A stretch of DNA of 64,000 bases from an uncultured Planctomycetia bacterium (lineage in GTDB: Bacteria > Omnitrophota > Gorgyraeia > B26-G9). Of the stretch, positions 51,068 through 61,429 are shown in pieces. A model generated the notes under the pieces. That model made no database searches, was not told the DNA's origin, and worked only from the letters and a program-made list of their open reading frames with translations. The DNA is taken from NCBI GenBank assembly GCA_964437495.1, contig CAYTGV010000009.1, positions 6,983 through 70,982 on the forward strand. The letters are read 5' to 3'. Every line of letters begins with the position of its first letter. The first letter of the stretch is position 1. The translations under genes and the position numbers were made by a program.

Positions 51068-51940
51068 ATGAAAAAAAGAAACAAAAAAAGGAATCAGATA
51101 AGTATCTCAGAAAAAGATATCAAGAATAAGCTTTATGGTGCGTCTCCAGAATCGGTACAAAAAGAGACCGTTCAAGAATCTATGATCACAGAAAAAGATA
51201 TAATAAAGAAGCTTTATCCGGCTAAGATAAGTTCTGATATAAAACCAGCCGCTAAATCTAAGGCCAGCCTTGAACCTAAAGAAAAAACAGCTGATTTATT
51301 CGAACATATAAAACCTATGCAGCCGGGAATTCATGAAGAAATAGAAATCCTGAGGAAATCAATCCAGAGCCTGGAAGATAAACTAAAGGCCTCAATTGAT
51401 CAAAAAGAACGCCTGAAAGTAAAATTAGTGCAAAAAAGAAAGTTAATAAATATTAGAGAAAGGCTGGCCGATCTAATCCTAAACCGTATGCCTGAAAAGT
51501 TCATTATACTCTTGATCGTTTTTCTGATCTTAGGCATATTCATAGTAATGAAAGGCTTAAAACCTGAGTCAGGTAAAAAGGTTAAACAAGTGAGTATTGT
51601 TGAACAAGTTATCGAACCTGAGGTTGAAAACGCTACTGTTGAGATAGAGAAAAAAAGCATCCCAGTCATTCAACCTGCCACCACAGTAAACAAGCGATAT
51701 ACTATTCAGGCTGCGGAATATGCTGATGAACAGGCAGCGCAGCGTTTTATAGACACTTTAAAAACGCAGGGCTATATTGTGAACATAGATACTATTTACC
51801 GGGATAAGAATAAAACTAAGGCATATTTTAAGATCAATGTCGGAGCATATGAAACTTTAAATGAAGCAAAGAAATTTAATAAAATATTCAGAAAAAAAAC
51901 CAATATCAATGATTCCTTCATTAAGGAGCTAAAACAATAA
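51068..51940 (+). CDS. Single-TM protein with coiled coil and C-terminal SPOR domain
   Basis: Coiled coil, TM ([17 protein letters not shown]), C-terminal [15 protein letters not shown]...L...G...YFKINVGAY....EA SPOR pattern. Confidence 0.75.
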   Translation: MKKRNKKRNQISISEKDIKNKLYGASPESVQKETVQESMITEKDIIKKLYPAKISSDIKPAAKSKASLEPKEKTADLFEHIKPMQPGIHEEIEILRKSIQSLEDKLKASIDQKERLKVKLVQKRKLINIRERLADLILNRMPEKFIILLIVFLILGIFIVMKGLKPESGKKVKQVSIVEQVIEPEVENATVEIEKKSIPVIQPATTVNKRYTIQAAEYADEQAAQRFIDTLKTQGYIVNIDTIYRDKNKTKAYFKINVGAYETLNEAKKFNKIFRKKTNINDSFIKELKQ

Positions 51941-53118
51941 TGAATTTAAAACCAAATAAAAAAGGTTATTTCGGTGATTTTGGCGGTAAATATGTACCGG
52001 AAACCCTTATCGGCGCGCTTAAAGAATTAGAAACTGTTTATACTAATGCAAAAAAAAGCATCGAGTTTAAACGTGAATTAAATTATTATTTAAGGGAATT
52101 TGCCGGCAGAGCTACCCCTTTATACTTTGCTTCCAGATTGAGTAAAATGCTGGGTGTTAAAATTTATCTTAAAAGAGAAGATCTACTGCATACCGGTGCT
52201 CACAAAATAAATAATACGATCGGCCAGGCGCTGTTATGCCTTAAGATGAAAAAGAAAAGGGTAATTGCCGAGACCGGAGCTGGACAACATGGAGTGGCCA
52301 CAGCCGTTGCCGCAGCCCAGTTTGGACTTAAATGTGAAGTATTCATGGGGCAGGAGGATATCGACAGACAGGGATTGAATGTATTCAGAATGCGTTTACT
52401 GGGAGCTAAAGTAACTCCTGTAAATTCCGGAAGCAGAACTTTGAAAGACGCCACGAACGAAGCCATGCGCAATTGGGTAAGCACTGTTAGAGACACGCAT
52501 TATATTATTGGTTCTGTAGTAGGACCGCATCCTTTTCCGATGATCGTGCGTGATTTTCAAACAGTCATCGGTAATGAAGCCAAAAGGCAAATATTAAAAA
52601 AAGAAAAGCGACTGCCTGATTATCTTATAGCCTGTGTTGGCGGAGGAAGTAATGCAATTGGTCTTTTCCATTGTTTTTACAATGATAAAAAAGTAAAGTT
52701 TATCGGAGTAGAGGCGGGCGGATACGGCATTAAAACAAATAAACACGGTGCCGCCCTTTGCACCGGAACGCCGGGAATACTACATGGCAGTAAAAGCTAT
52801 TTACTTCAAAATAATGATGGTCAAATAAAAATCGCCCATTCCATATCCGCAGGGCTTGATTATCCGGGGGTAGGCCCTGAACATGCGTTTTACAAGAAAA
52901 CAAAAAGAGCCCAATATGTCTCTGTTACTGATACCGAGGCAGTGGAGGCCTTAAAGCTTTTAAGTAAAACAGAGGGTATTATTCCGGCGCTTGAATCAGC
53001 GCATGCGATTGCTTATATTAAAAAAGCAGCAAAAAAAATGAAACCAAATGCGCTTGTCGTATTATGCCTCTCCGGACGCGGAGACAAAGATATGAATTTG
53101 ATCTCGGAGCTTATTTAA
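51940..53118 (+). CDS. trpB: Tryptophan synthase beta chain
   Basis: [53 protein letters not shown]. Confidence 0.98.
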   Translation: MNLKPNKKGYFGDFGGKYVPETLIGALKELETVYTNAKKSIEFKRELNYYLREFAGRATPLYFASRLSKMLGVKIYLKREDLLHTGAHKINNTIGQALLCLKMKKKRVIAETGAGQHGVATAVAAAQFGLKCEVFMGQEDIDRQGLNVFRMRLLGAKVTPVNSGSRTLKDATNEAMRNWVSTVRDTHYIIGSVVGPHPFPMIVRDFQTVIGNEAKRQILKKEKRLPDYLIACVGGGSNAIGLFHCFYNDKKVKFIGVEAGGYGIKTNKHGAALCTGTPGILHGSKSYLLQNNDGQIKIAHSISAGLDYPGVGPEHAFYKKTKRAQYVSVTDTEAVEALKLLSKTEGIIPALESAHAIAYIKKAAKKMKPNALVVLCLSGRGDKDMNLISELI

Positions 53119-53120
53119 AA

Positions 53121-53915
53121 ATGATTAATAATAGAATTAGCCGCAAAAACGAGCAACTGTCTAAGGAAAAAAAGAAAGCCTTTGTGGCTTACCTTAGCGC
53201 TGGATTTCCTGATATAAGTCTAACCCGTGAATTAGTAGATATACTCCAGCAAAACAATGTTGATTACATAGAGTTGGGTATGCCTTTTTCTGATCCTGTT
53301 GCTGACGGGGCGATAATCCAGCAATCTTCTGCAATAGCTTTGCAAAAAGGCATGGATATGATTGAGTACCTCAAACTGATTAAAACTTTGAGGAAAAAGA
53401 CCGATATTCCGTTAATAATGATGAGTTATTTTAATCCAATCTTCAAATACGGCATTAAAAAATTTGCCAAAGATGCCTCTTTGGCCGGACTCGATGGAGT
53501 AATTGTTCCTGATTTACCTCCTGAAGAATCTGTTCAGTTAAACAAAACGCTAATAGATCACTCTATTTCACAAATTTTCTTAATTTCTCCTTTAACCGCT
53601 ACCCAAAGAATCAAGAAGATTTGCCGGATGTCCAGCGGGTTTATTTACTATGTAAGCCTCACCGGAGTTACCGGAACACGAAATACTATGGATGCAGATT
53701 TATCAAAACAAATACGGATAATAAAGAAATACTCTAAAATCCCTGTGTTTATCGGTTTTGGGATTTCAAAGCCTGAGCATGTTAAAAAAGTCAATAACCT
53801 AGCTGATGGAGTGATTGTCGGCAGCGCTATTATAAAAATTATAAATAATTGCATTAACAAAAAACAGCTCCGGGCAAAAATAAGTCAGTTTATCCGTTCA
53901 ATGCAAGGCAACTAA
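53121..53915 (+). CDS. trpA: Tryptophan synthase alpha chain
   Basis: ELGMPFSDPVADG, MSYFNP, PDLPPEE, SLTGVTG, GFGIS, ADGVIVGSA. Confidence 0.97.
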   Translation: MINNRISRKNEQLSKEKKKAFVAYLSAGFPDISLTRELVDILQQNNVDYIELGMPFSDPVADGAIIQQSSAIALQKGMDMIEYLKLIKTLRKKTDIPLIMMSYFNPIFKYGIKKFAKDASLAGLDGVIVPDLPPEESVQLNKTLIDHSISQIFLISPLTATQRIKKICRMSSGFIYYVSLTGVTGTRNTMDADLSKQIRIIKKYSKIPVFIGFGISKPEHVKKVNNLADGVIVGSAIIKIINNCINKKQLRAKISQFIRSMQGN

Positions 53916-53934
53916 TACAAGTTGGAGGACTCTT

Positions 53935-55644
53935 ATGGCGAGCAATCAAAAACTGGGCGAATTACTGGTGCAAAAAAAAATAATCACCCAGGAACAGCTC
54001 AACAGCGCGCTTATTAGACAAAAAAAAACAAATCTGCGGATAGGAGAAGAGCTGATCCGCAGCGGAATTGTCAGCGAAGAAAGCATTATTTCTACTCTTG
54101 CGGAATTAATGGATATTCCTTTTATTAGAATTCGTACCGCTAATATCGATCAACAAGTTATCAATAAAGTGCCCGCTAGGTTTGTAACTCATTACAATTT
54201 TTTCCCCCTGCGTGAAGACGAGGGAATTCTGGGCATTGCCGTAAGCGATCCTCTGGATCTTTATTCACTGGACGAAATAAAGCTTATGCTTAAGCAGCCT
54301 ATAAAAATATCTCTGGCGACTTCCCTTGAAATTAACGAAGCAATAAAAAGATATTACGGTGTCGGCGCTAAAACCATGGCCCAAATGGTTGATGATACAC
54401 CTCATTTACAAATACTTTCAAAAGCAAATGAGAATAATGAGGAGATTCAGATGGAAGCAGCAACTGATGACCCTTCGGTAATTAAATTTCTAGATCAGAT
54501 AATTCAGCAGGCTGTAAGAGAAAGAGCTACGGATATACATATTGAGCCATTTGAGGATAATCTCAGAGTGCGTTACCGTATTGACGGACTACTTTACGAA
54601 GTGCCTGTACCGGCCGCTATTGCCCACTTTCAGTCATCAATTATTGTGCGCATGAAAATAATGGCTGAGCTTGATATTGCAGAAAAGCGGCTGCCTCAGG
54701 ATGGCAGAATACAGATTAGAATTAATAATGAAGATTTTGATTTTAGAATTTCAATTCTGCCGACTGCTTTCGGAGAAAGCATAGAAATAAGAATATTATC
54801 CAGAAAGCAGATATTTTTTACTCTTTCTGACTTGGGATTAGACACTAAAGGTATGGATATTCTGAATTCTATGCTCAAAAAACCGCATGGCATTATTCTG
54901 GTCACCGGGCCGACCGGAAGCGGAAAAACAACCACACTTTATTCGTGCCTAAACAGAATTAATGCTATGGAAAGAAAAATTATCACTATTGAAGACCCGA
55001 TCGAATATAAACTGCACGGTATTACTCAGGTTCAAGTTCATCCCAAGATTAATTTAACTTTCGCAAACGGCCTGCGTTCCATGCTTCGCCATGACCCTGA
55101 TATCATGATGGTCGGAGAAATCAGGGATCTTGAAACTGCTGAGCTTTCTATCAGAACGGCCTTGACCGGGCATCTTGTTTTCAGCACCTTACATACAAAT
55201 GACGCGCCTGGGGCTATAGCTAGATTGCTTGACATGGGTATTGAACCTTATCTAGTCGCCAGCTCCCTAAACTGCGTTATTGCGCAGCGCCTAGTGCGGG
55301 TCATTTGCCCGGCCTGCAAACAACCTTATGAAGGACATGAGGAATTAATGGATGAATTCGGTATACATAAAAACAGATTTCAGGGAAAAACTCTGTACAA
55401 GGGAGCAGGCTGTGAAAATTGTAAGTTCACTGGATATTTAGGCCGAACAGCTATATTTGAGATATTGAATATTAATGATATTATTAAGGAAATGATCCTT
55501 GATCACAGCCCTTCTAACCTGATCAAGCAAAAAGCTATAACTCAGGGTATGCAGACATTGCGCTTAAGCGGCTGGGAAAAAGTTGTCAGCGGAATAACTA
55601 CACCTGAAGAAGTAATCCGGGTAACTCAACAGGATTCAGAATAG
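53935..55644 (+). CDS. gspE: T2SS/T4P assembly ATPase GspE/PilB with N-terminal MshEN domain
   Basis: KLGELLV..IITQEQL..AL..Q + RIGEELIRSGIV (MshEN); ATDIHIEP, GPTGSGKTT, LRHDPD, TLHTND, CPAC/GCENC zinc motif. Confidence 0.92.
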   Translation: MASNQKLGELLVQKKIITQEQLNSALIRQKKTNLRIGEELIRSGIVSEESIISTLAELMDIPFIRIRTANIDQQVINKVPARFVTHYNFFPLREDEGILGIAVSDPLDLYSLDEIKLMLKQPIKISLATSLEINEAIKRYYGVGAKTMAQMVDDTPHLQILSKANENNEEIQMEAATDDPSVIKFLDQIIQQAVRERATDIHIEPFEDNLRVRYRIDGLLYEVPVPAAIAHFQSSIIVRMKIMAELDIAEKRLPQDGRIQIRINNEDFDFRISILPTAFGESIEIRILSRKQIFFTLSDLGLDTKGMDILNSMLKKPHGIILVTGPTGSGKTTTLYSCLNRINAMERKIITIEDPIEYKLHGITQVQVHPKINLTFANGLRSMLRHDPDIMMVGEIRDLETAELSIRTALTGHLVFSTLHTNDAPGAIARLLDMGIEPYLVASSLNCVIAQRLVRVICPACKQPYEGHEELMDEFGIHKNRFQGKTLYKGAGCENCKFTGYLGRTAIFEILNINDIIKEMILDHSPSNLIKQKAITQGMQTLRLSGWEKVVSGITTPEEVIRVTQQDSE

Positions 55645-55657
55645 CGCAGAAACAAAA

Positions 55658-55893
55658 AAATTATGAATGACGAATTATAGGTTACGAGTGAAGAGAAAAG
55701 AAAGAATTAATAAATATCAATTCAGGGATTTTCCTTCTAAACAATAACTTGTGATTCATAACTAATAACTCATGACTCGTAATTTTTAACTATCGACCAT
55801 GGACTATTGACCATTGACCGTTTTTGTTCTTTTATCTTTTAACTTGTAACTTGTAACTTGTAATTCATAACTCGTAACCCATAACTCATAACT
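55658..55893. repeat. Phased heptamer tandem arrays (TAACTYR-like) in inverted arrangement
   Basis: About 5 reverse-oriented units 55658-55691, 11 in-phase units 55745-55821, about 8 units 55840-55893 (TAACTTG x3, TAATTCA, TAACTCG, TAACCCA, TAACTCA). Confidence 0.85.
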
Positions 55894-55897
55894 AAAT

Positions 55898-57103
55898 ATG
55901 CCTATATATAAATATAAAGCTAAGGTTAAGCCAGACACTTTCCGCAACGGAACCATAGAGGCAGAAAGTGAAAAAGCAGCTATAAATAAGCTTTTACTGC
56001 TTAATTATCATCCGGTATCCTTAAAAATAAAAACAGAGGATACCGAGAGAAAATTTTCTTTTTCTAAAAAGATTACATCTAAAGATATTTATATTTTTTT
56101 GCGACAGCTTGCAAATCTAAATATTGCCGGACTTCCAATAGTAAAATCCCTAGCCAATATCAGTTCACAGTCACATAATCCAAGATTGCGCTTGATTGTT
56201 CTGGATTTAAAAGAAAAGCTTCAGAAGGGAAATACATTTTCTGAAGCGCTGACATTTTATCCACATGTATTTGGCCAATTTGAAATCAATATGATAAAGG
56301 CCGCGGAAAACACAGGAACACTTCCTGAGGTAATAGAAAAAATTGCTGATCTTAAGGAGCATGATATAGCTTTTAATCAAAGAGTACGCTCGGCACTTGC
56401 TTATCCGGTTTTACTTTTAAGCGTAGGAGTGATTACACTGCTGATATTAACAACATTTGTTCTGCCGAAATTTATAACTCTTTTCAATGACTTAGACCAG
56501 CAATTGCCGATTTTGACCCAGATGCTCATAAATACAAGTATATTTTTGAAAAATTACTGGATAATTTTAAGTGCAATAATCGGCTTTATTGTTTTCTTTG
56601 CCCAAAGGCAGTTAAGAACACAAAAGGGACGTTTTATTTTTGACGATTTAAAATTAAAAATCCCTTTACTTAAAGACATTGTTTTAAAAATTCAAATCGC
56701 CCGGTTTGCCAGAACCCTGGCAAGCCTGATTGAAAATGGAGTACCTATTATAAACTCATTGAAAATAACTGCAGAAATAGCTACTAACCTTGTTTTTTCT
56801 GCTGAAATAAAGCATGTGCATACTCAGGTTACCAAAGGACAGCATATAAGTGCGGCTTTGAAAGACAGCACTATATTTGATAAAAATACGCTTGATTTGA
56901 TCAGTGTTGGGGAGGAAAGCGGAAGACTTGATGAAATGCTTTTCCGTATTGCCAAAATGAACGAAAACGAATCTTCCGGATTAATTGAAACCCTGTTATT
57001 TCTTATCGAACCGGCTTTGATTCTTATTTTAGGTATTGTTGTTGCGATTATAGTAATGGCAATTTTACTACCGATTTTTCAGATGAATTTTTTGGTTCAG
57101 TAA
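55898..57103 (+). CDS. gspF: T2SS/T4P platform protein GspF/PilC
   Basis: MPIYKYKA, RQLA.L..AGLPI, ALAYP, VGEESGRL, IEPALI...AILLPIF. Confidence 0.93.
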   Translation: MPIYKYKAKVKPDTFRNGTIEAESEKAAINKLLLLNYHPVSLKIKTEDTERKFSFSKKITSKDIYIFLRQLANLNIAGLPIVKSLANISSQSHNPRLRLIVLDLKEKLQKGNTFSEALTFYPHVFGQFEINMIKAAENTGTLPEVIEKIADLKEHDIAFNQRVRSALAYPVLLLSVGVITLLILTTFVLPKFITLFNDLDQQLPILTQMLINTSIFLKNYWIILSAIIGFIVFFAQRQLRTQKGRFIFDDLKLKIPLLKDIVLKIQIARFARTLASLIENGVPIINSLKITAEIATNLVFSAEIKHVHTQVTKGQHISAALKDSTIFDKNTLDLISVGEESGRLDEMLFRIAKMNENESSGLIETLLFLIEPALILILGIVVAIIVMAILLPIFQMNFLVQ

Positions 57104-57120
57104 AAACATAAAGGAGAAAA

Positions 57121-57666
57121 ATGAAAAATAAATTCTTTATCCCGTTTAGTACTTACAAAGATGAGAAGGAATGTGTATCCCCGAGCATGGAAAAAAAGAC
57201 AAAACACTTTCAGGATAAAAACCGTAGATTAATTCTGCCAAGGATCAGGCTATCTCTAAGGGGGTTTACCTTGATCGAATTAATGCTTGTGGTAATAATT
57301 ATCGGCACTCTTGCTGCTTTAGTTATTCCCCGCTTAGCCGGCCGAGCTGAACAGGCGCGTAATACAGCTGTCAAAGCTGATATATTATCAAACATTCCTC
57401 TAGCTCTTGACCTTTATGAGCTTGATAACGGTTTCTATCCCTCAAGTCAGCAGGGACTAGAGGCATTGATTGAAAAACCGACAACCCAGCCTTTAGCAAA
57501 AAACTGGAACGGTCCTTATCTTAAAAAAAAGCCGGTTGATCCCTGGGGTAATCAATACCGATACATATGTCCCGGGGTTCATAATACTGCGGATTATGAT
57601 CTTTTCTCGGTTGGTAAAGACGGATCTGAAGGCGGTAATGATGATATTGGCAATTGGGAGGACTAA
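57121..57666 (+). CDS. gspG: T2SS major pseudopilin GspG with long leader
   Basis: G|FTLIELMLVVIIIGTLAALVIP, ALDLYELDNG.YP..QQGL.AL, WNGPYL, DPWGN.Y.Y, YDLFS.G.DG..GG.DDIGNW. Confidence 0.93.
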   Translation: MKNKFFIPFSTYKDEKECVSPSMEKKTKHFQDKNRRLILPRIRLSLRGFTLIELMLVVIIIGTLAALVIPRLAGRAEQARNTAVKADILSNIPLALDLYELDNGFYPSSQQGLEALIEKPTTQPLAKNWNGPYLKKKPVDPWGNQYRYICPGVHNTADYDLFSVGKDGSEGGNDDIGNWED

Positions 57667-57673
57667 TCTGCCA

Positions 57674-58207
57674 ATGAAAAATAAAACAAAACGCTTTGCG
57701 GATAAAAAGCTTAGATTAGTTCTGCCAAAAGGCAGGCTATCACTAAGGGGGTTTACCCTTATAGAGCTACTGTGCGTAATTGTCATAATAGCTGTATTTT
57801 TTTCAATGAGTATCCCCAAATTATCTAAAACAGCCGGGAATTTTTATCTTAGAAGTAAAGCAGCTAAAATCCGGGCTTTGTGTGAATTAATAAAAAGAAC
57901 TGCAATCACTGAAAACAAGACCTATAAGTTGTTAATTGATTATTCAAACAACTCCTATTCAGTTCTTCAGAACTCTATTGATGCTATTGATGAGTTTTCG
58001 CCTGCAAGTGACTCCTTACTAAGAAAACATACTCTTCCTGAGAGCTTGTCCTTTTTTTCCCCTGAGATTCAAACCGGTATCCATGAAATAATTTTCTCAC
58101 AAAGCGGGAGTATATCTTCAGCTGCTTTTTTTATTACTAACAACAAAGACACTCCGGCCAAATTATCAACAACTTTAAGCGGAGAGATCATTTTAGAATA
58201 TATATGA
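57674..58207 (+). CDS. Minor pseudopilin (GspH/FimT-like)
   Basis: G|FTLIELLCVIVII N-methylation motif; C-terminal IIFSQSG...TLSGEI; start set at ATG 57674. Confidence 0.8.
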   Translation: MKNKTKRFADKKLRLVLPKGRLSLRGFTLIELLCVIVIIAVFFSMSIPKLSKTAGNFYLRSKAAKIRALCELIKRTAITENKTYKLLIDYSNNSYSVLQNSIDAIDEFSPASDSLLRKHTLPESLSFFSPEIQTGIHEIIFSQSGSISSAAFFITNNKDTPAKLSTTLSGEIILEYI

Positions 58208-58569
58208 AAAATAAAACAAAAAATACCCCAGGATTCATTTTAATCGAAATACTTGTATCACTGTTATTGATGACTACCGGAATTCTTTTTTTGATCAATT
58301 CTCTGTCTACAATTACAAAAAGCAACCATAAGATACGAAACAACCGCCTTGCCTATACTTTGCTGGATAATGTTTTTAATCAGCTCTATTCCGGAGAGGC
58401 CATTATTCCAGGTAAAGTTGTTTTAAATAATAAAGAGTTTTTTTGGGACTTTGCAGAAAATAAAACAGATGATGGATTGAGCCATATCCTCATCAATGTT
58501 AGCTGGGGCAAAAATAATTCCGCCTCAACTGCCAGCCTATCTCATACTACAATTGACTTAAACCGATAA
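58204..58569 (+). CDS. Minor pseudopilin (GspI/PilV-like)
   Basis: G|FILIEILVSLLL motif; C-terminal INVSWG. Confidence 0.75.
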   Translation: MKNKTKNTPGFILIEILVSLLLMTTGILFLINSLSTITKSNHKIRNNRLAYTLLDNVFNQLYSGEAIIPGKVVLNNKEFFWDFAENKTDDGLSHILINVSWGKNNSASTASLSHTTIDLNR

Positions 58570-58596
58570 TGAATTCAGAATTCTTCGATAACCTAG

Positions 58597-58625
58597 TTGA
58601 CTTTTTACCTGAGTGGCTATAAACT
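58597..58625 (+). promoter_or_regulatory. Sigma70-type promoter of FIST operon (near-leaderless)
   Basis: TTGACT-17-TAAACT, ATG only 8 nt after -10. Confidence 0.5.
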
Positions 58626-58633
58626 AAGAAGCT

Positions 58634-59824
58634 ATGGCGATATCAGTAGGGGTGGGAACTAGTAAAGAATTTGAATCTTTTGCAGCGGGTACATTAGCTG
58701 CAAAGAATGCTTTGGATAAATTAGGAAGCAATGATCCTGATATATTATTTTGCTTTGCGTCCTCGCGTTTTGATCATATACAGCTAATACGCGGCATTAA
58801 AAGTATTCTGCCGAACGCACCGCTTATCGGGTGCACAACAGCTGGCGAAATCACCAGTGCCGGCACAGAAAAAAAATCTGTAAGTATATTGGCCATAAAG
58901 TCAAACAGCCTGCATGCTGCTATAGGCATTGGTAAGAACGTGAGTAAGAACTCCCGCGGAGCCGGCCAAGAGGTAGCCCGAGATACGATAATAAAAACGA
59001 AAAAAGGGGCTATTCGCCATGCCTTTATGATGCTTCCGGACGGACTCAATGGAAACGGAGTAGAGATCATCAGGGGAGTTCAGGAAGTACTGGGTACAAG
59101 TTTCCCCATAGTCGGCGGATCTTCAGCTGACGAATTTATGTTTAAAAAAACTTTTCAGTATTATGAGGAAAGTGTATTAACTGACTGTGTCGGAGGGATT
59201 CTTTTCTCCGGAGACATTAGTGTTGGCATCGGAGCTCGGCACGGCTGGTACCCCCTTGGCAAACCGAGAATCGTAACTGAGGCAGATCACAACATAATTA
59301 AAAAACTTGACGGGAAGCCGGCAGCAAGAATTTATGAGGATTATTTCGGCAAAAGAGCCGCTGATCTAAATAATGAGCCTCTGGCCAGAATGTCTGTAAT
59401 GTATCCGCTTGGCATGTCGATACCAGAAGAAGAAGAGTGTATTATCCGTAACGCACTCAGCGTTGACAAAAACGGAGCTTTGATTTGCGCAGGTGAGGTT
59501 TCCTGCGGTTCAGAAATTAGAATAATGATGGGATCTAAGGAAGCCGCATTAAAAGCTGCTAAAAAAGCGGCAGAAATAGCCCTTAGCGGTCTCAGAAAAC
59601 AAAAAGCTGATATTGTATTTGTATTTGATTCCGTCTCACGGGAAAGACTCTTTGGACGCAAAAGTGAAGAAGAAATAGAGGTTATCAAAAGTATATTCGG
59701 CAAAGACACTCCGATAATTGGTTTTTATACATACGGAGAACAGGCTCCTCTGGGTGCAACGATAAACCTCGGACAAACATTTTTTCATAATGAAACAATA
59801 GTAGTTTTCGCAATTGGAGAATAG
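58634..59824 (+). CDS. Stand-alone FIST-domain sensor (FIST_N + FIST_C; NosP-like)
   Basis: LIGCTTAGEI, MLPDG, IVGGSSAD, HGW.P.G, LDGKPA, GFYTYGEQ, FHNETIV. Confidence 0.9.
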   Translation: MAISVGVGTSKEFESFAAGTLAAKNALDKLGSNDPDILFCFASSRFDHIQLIRGIKSILPNAPLIGCTTAGEITSAGTEKKSVSILAIKSNSLHAAIGIGKNVSKNSRGAGQEVARDTIIKTKKGAIRHAFMMLPDGLNGNGVEIIRGVQEVLGTSFPIVGGSSADEFMFKKTFQYYEESVLTDCVGGILFSGDISVGIGARHGWYPLGKPRIVTEADHNIIKKLDGKPAARIYEDYFGKRAADLNNEPLARMSVMYPLGMSIPEEEECIIRNALSVDKNGALICAGEVSCGSEIRIMMGSKEAALKAAKKAAEIALSGLRKQKADIVFVFDSVSRERLFGRKSEEEIEVIKSIFGKDTPIIGFYTYGEQAPLGATINLGQTFFHNETIVVFAIGE

Positions 59825-59830
59825 TATAGT

Positions 59831-61411
59831 ATGAAAATTAATATATGGCTGATACTCATCATCGGAGCAGCGGTATTGAGTGTTGTTGTTATTGTTGACA
59901 ATATGGTCGCTAAGCTTATGGGCGGTTTTATCCTGCTTGTTCTGCTTGCTTATCTTGCTGAAATATCGCGTGAGGAGCGGGAACAAATTGATAAAATGCA
60001 GCATGCCTTGGATAAACTGAGAAATGCTTATGGCGAACTTGATGAACAGGCAAAAATTATTATTCGTACTGATTTAGAGTTAAATCGGACGCAAGAACAG
60101 CTTGATAAAAAAATCAATGGGCTTTACACTTTACACGAACTAGGTAAATTGATAAGTGCTACCCTAGATACAGAGAAGCTTTTTTCTCAAATCACGGAAC
60201 CGCTTATTCTTAAGCTTGGATTTGAAAAAACAATAATATTTCTAAAAAATGAATCAAAACAAAATCTTGAATGTAAAGCAGCTATCGGACTTTCCTCATT
60301 GCAAATAGACAAGATAGAACAGGCAAATATAGAGCAAGACTTTCTTCAAACTGTTCTAAAAAATGGTTCTTCTGTATGGGTTAAAAATTCTGAAGCTGCT
60401 ACAGAGGAGCAAAAAGCTTGGCTGAATTTATTTGAAGTCTCTTCATTTGTAATTGTGCCTATGGTTGTCAAGGAGTCTGTTGAGGGATATATTTTTGTTG
60501 GTAATCAGACAAATTATAATTCTGTCTCTGAAGGAGATATAGATTCTCTTTTTATACTTTCTAATCAGTTGGGCATTGCCCTTGATAATGCCCAACTTTA
60601 TGCCCAGTTAAAGCGTTCGCATGATCAATTAGAGATTCGTGTAGAAGAACGCACAAGAGAATTAGCCGCGGCAAACAAAAAGCTGATCGAGCTTGATCAA
60701 ATGAAATCCGACTTTGTTTCTGCAGTTTCTCATGAATTGCGAACACCGCTGACATCAATTAAAGGCTATGCGGCAATTCTAAGTGCAGGCCGTTTAGGTG
60801 AGGTCAGTACGGTTCAGGCAGAGAAGCTTAATAAAATAAATATTCACAGTGATGAATTGATAAAACTTGTAAATGACCTTTTAGATATTGCCCGCATTGA
60901 ATCTGGCAAGATCAGTATGAGTATTAAGCATGCTTCTCTTAATGAGATCGTCAAGAGTATCGCAGATCTATTCTTCCCGCAAACTGATGAAAAGAATATT
61001 GATCTCAAACTTGATATACCGGAACAAGATATTGCTGTATGGATGGACCCCAGCCAGATATCACGTGTATTCATAAATCTTATCGGTAATGCAATGAAAT
61101 TCACCCCTGAAAAAGGCATAATAACAATAGTGTTAAAACCTGCTGAAAAATTTATTAATGTCGAAATCATTGACTCTGGTATCGGCATAAGCGAAGAGGA
61201 TATACCTCGTTTATTTAATGAATTCTATCGTGTAGACAATGCCATTAATGCTGAGAAAAAAGGTACCGGACTGGGACTGCCGCTTGTTAAAAAGATCATT
61301 GAGGCGCATAAAGGTCAGATCTGGGTCACAAGTGAAGTCGGCAAGGGAACTACTTTCCATTTCACTTTATCTGTTGAACAAATTGATGATTCGCAAATAG
61401 CCATAAACTGA
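59831..61411 (+). CDS. Membrane GAF-domain sensor histidine kinase
   Basis: 2 N-terminal TM, coiled coil, GAF, H-box SHELRTPL, N-box NLIGNAMKF, DSGIGI, GTGLGL. Confidence 0.94.
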   Translation: MKINIWLILIIGAAVLSVVVIVDNMVAKLMGGFILLVLLAYLAEISREEREQIDKMQHALDKLRNAYGELDEQAKIIIRTDLELNRTQEQLDKKINGLYTLHELGKLISATLDTEKLFSQITEPLILKLGFEKTIIFLKNESKQNLECKAAIGLSSLQIDKIEQANIEQDFLQTVLKNGSSVWVKNSEAATEEQKAWLNLFEVSSFVIVPMVVKESVEGYIFVGNQTNYNSVSEGDIDSLFILSNQLGIALDNAQLYAQLKRSHDQLEIRVEERTRELAAANKKLIELDQMKSDFVSAVSHELRTPLTSIKGYAAILSAGRLGEVSTVQAEKLNKINIHSDELIKLVNDLLDIARIESGKISMSIKHASLNEIVKSIADLFFPQTDEKNIDLKLDIPEQDIAVWMDPSQISRVFINLIGNAMKFTPEKGIITIVLKPAEKFINVEIIDSGIGISEEDIPRLFNEFYRVDNAINAEKKGTGLGLPLVKKIIEAHKGQIWVTSEVGKGTTFHFTLSVEQIDDSQIAIN

Positions 61412-61429
61412 ACATAGGCAAGGAGCATA

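Noticed and set aside
57536-57673. Upstream extension of the GspH-like ORF
   Set aside because: Overlaps gspG out of frame; ATG 57674 matches the shared pilin start
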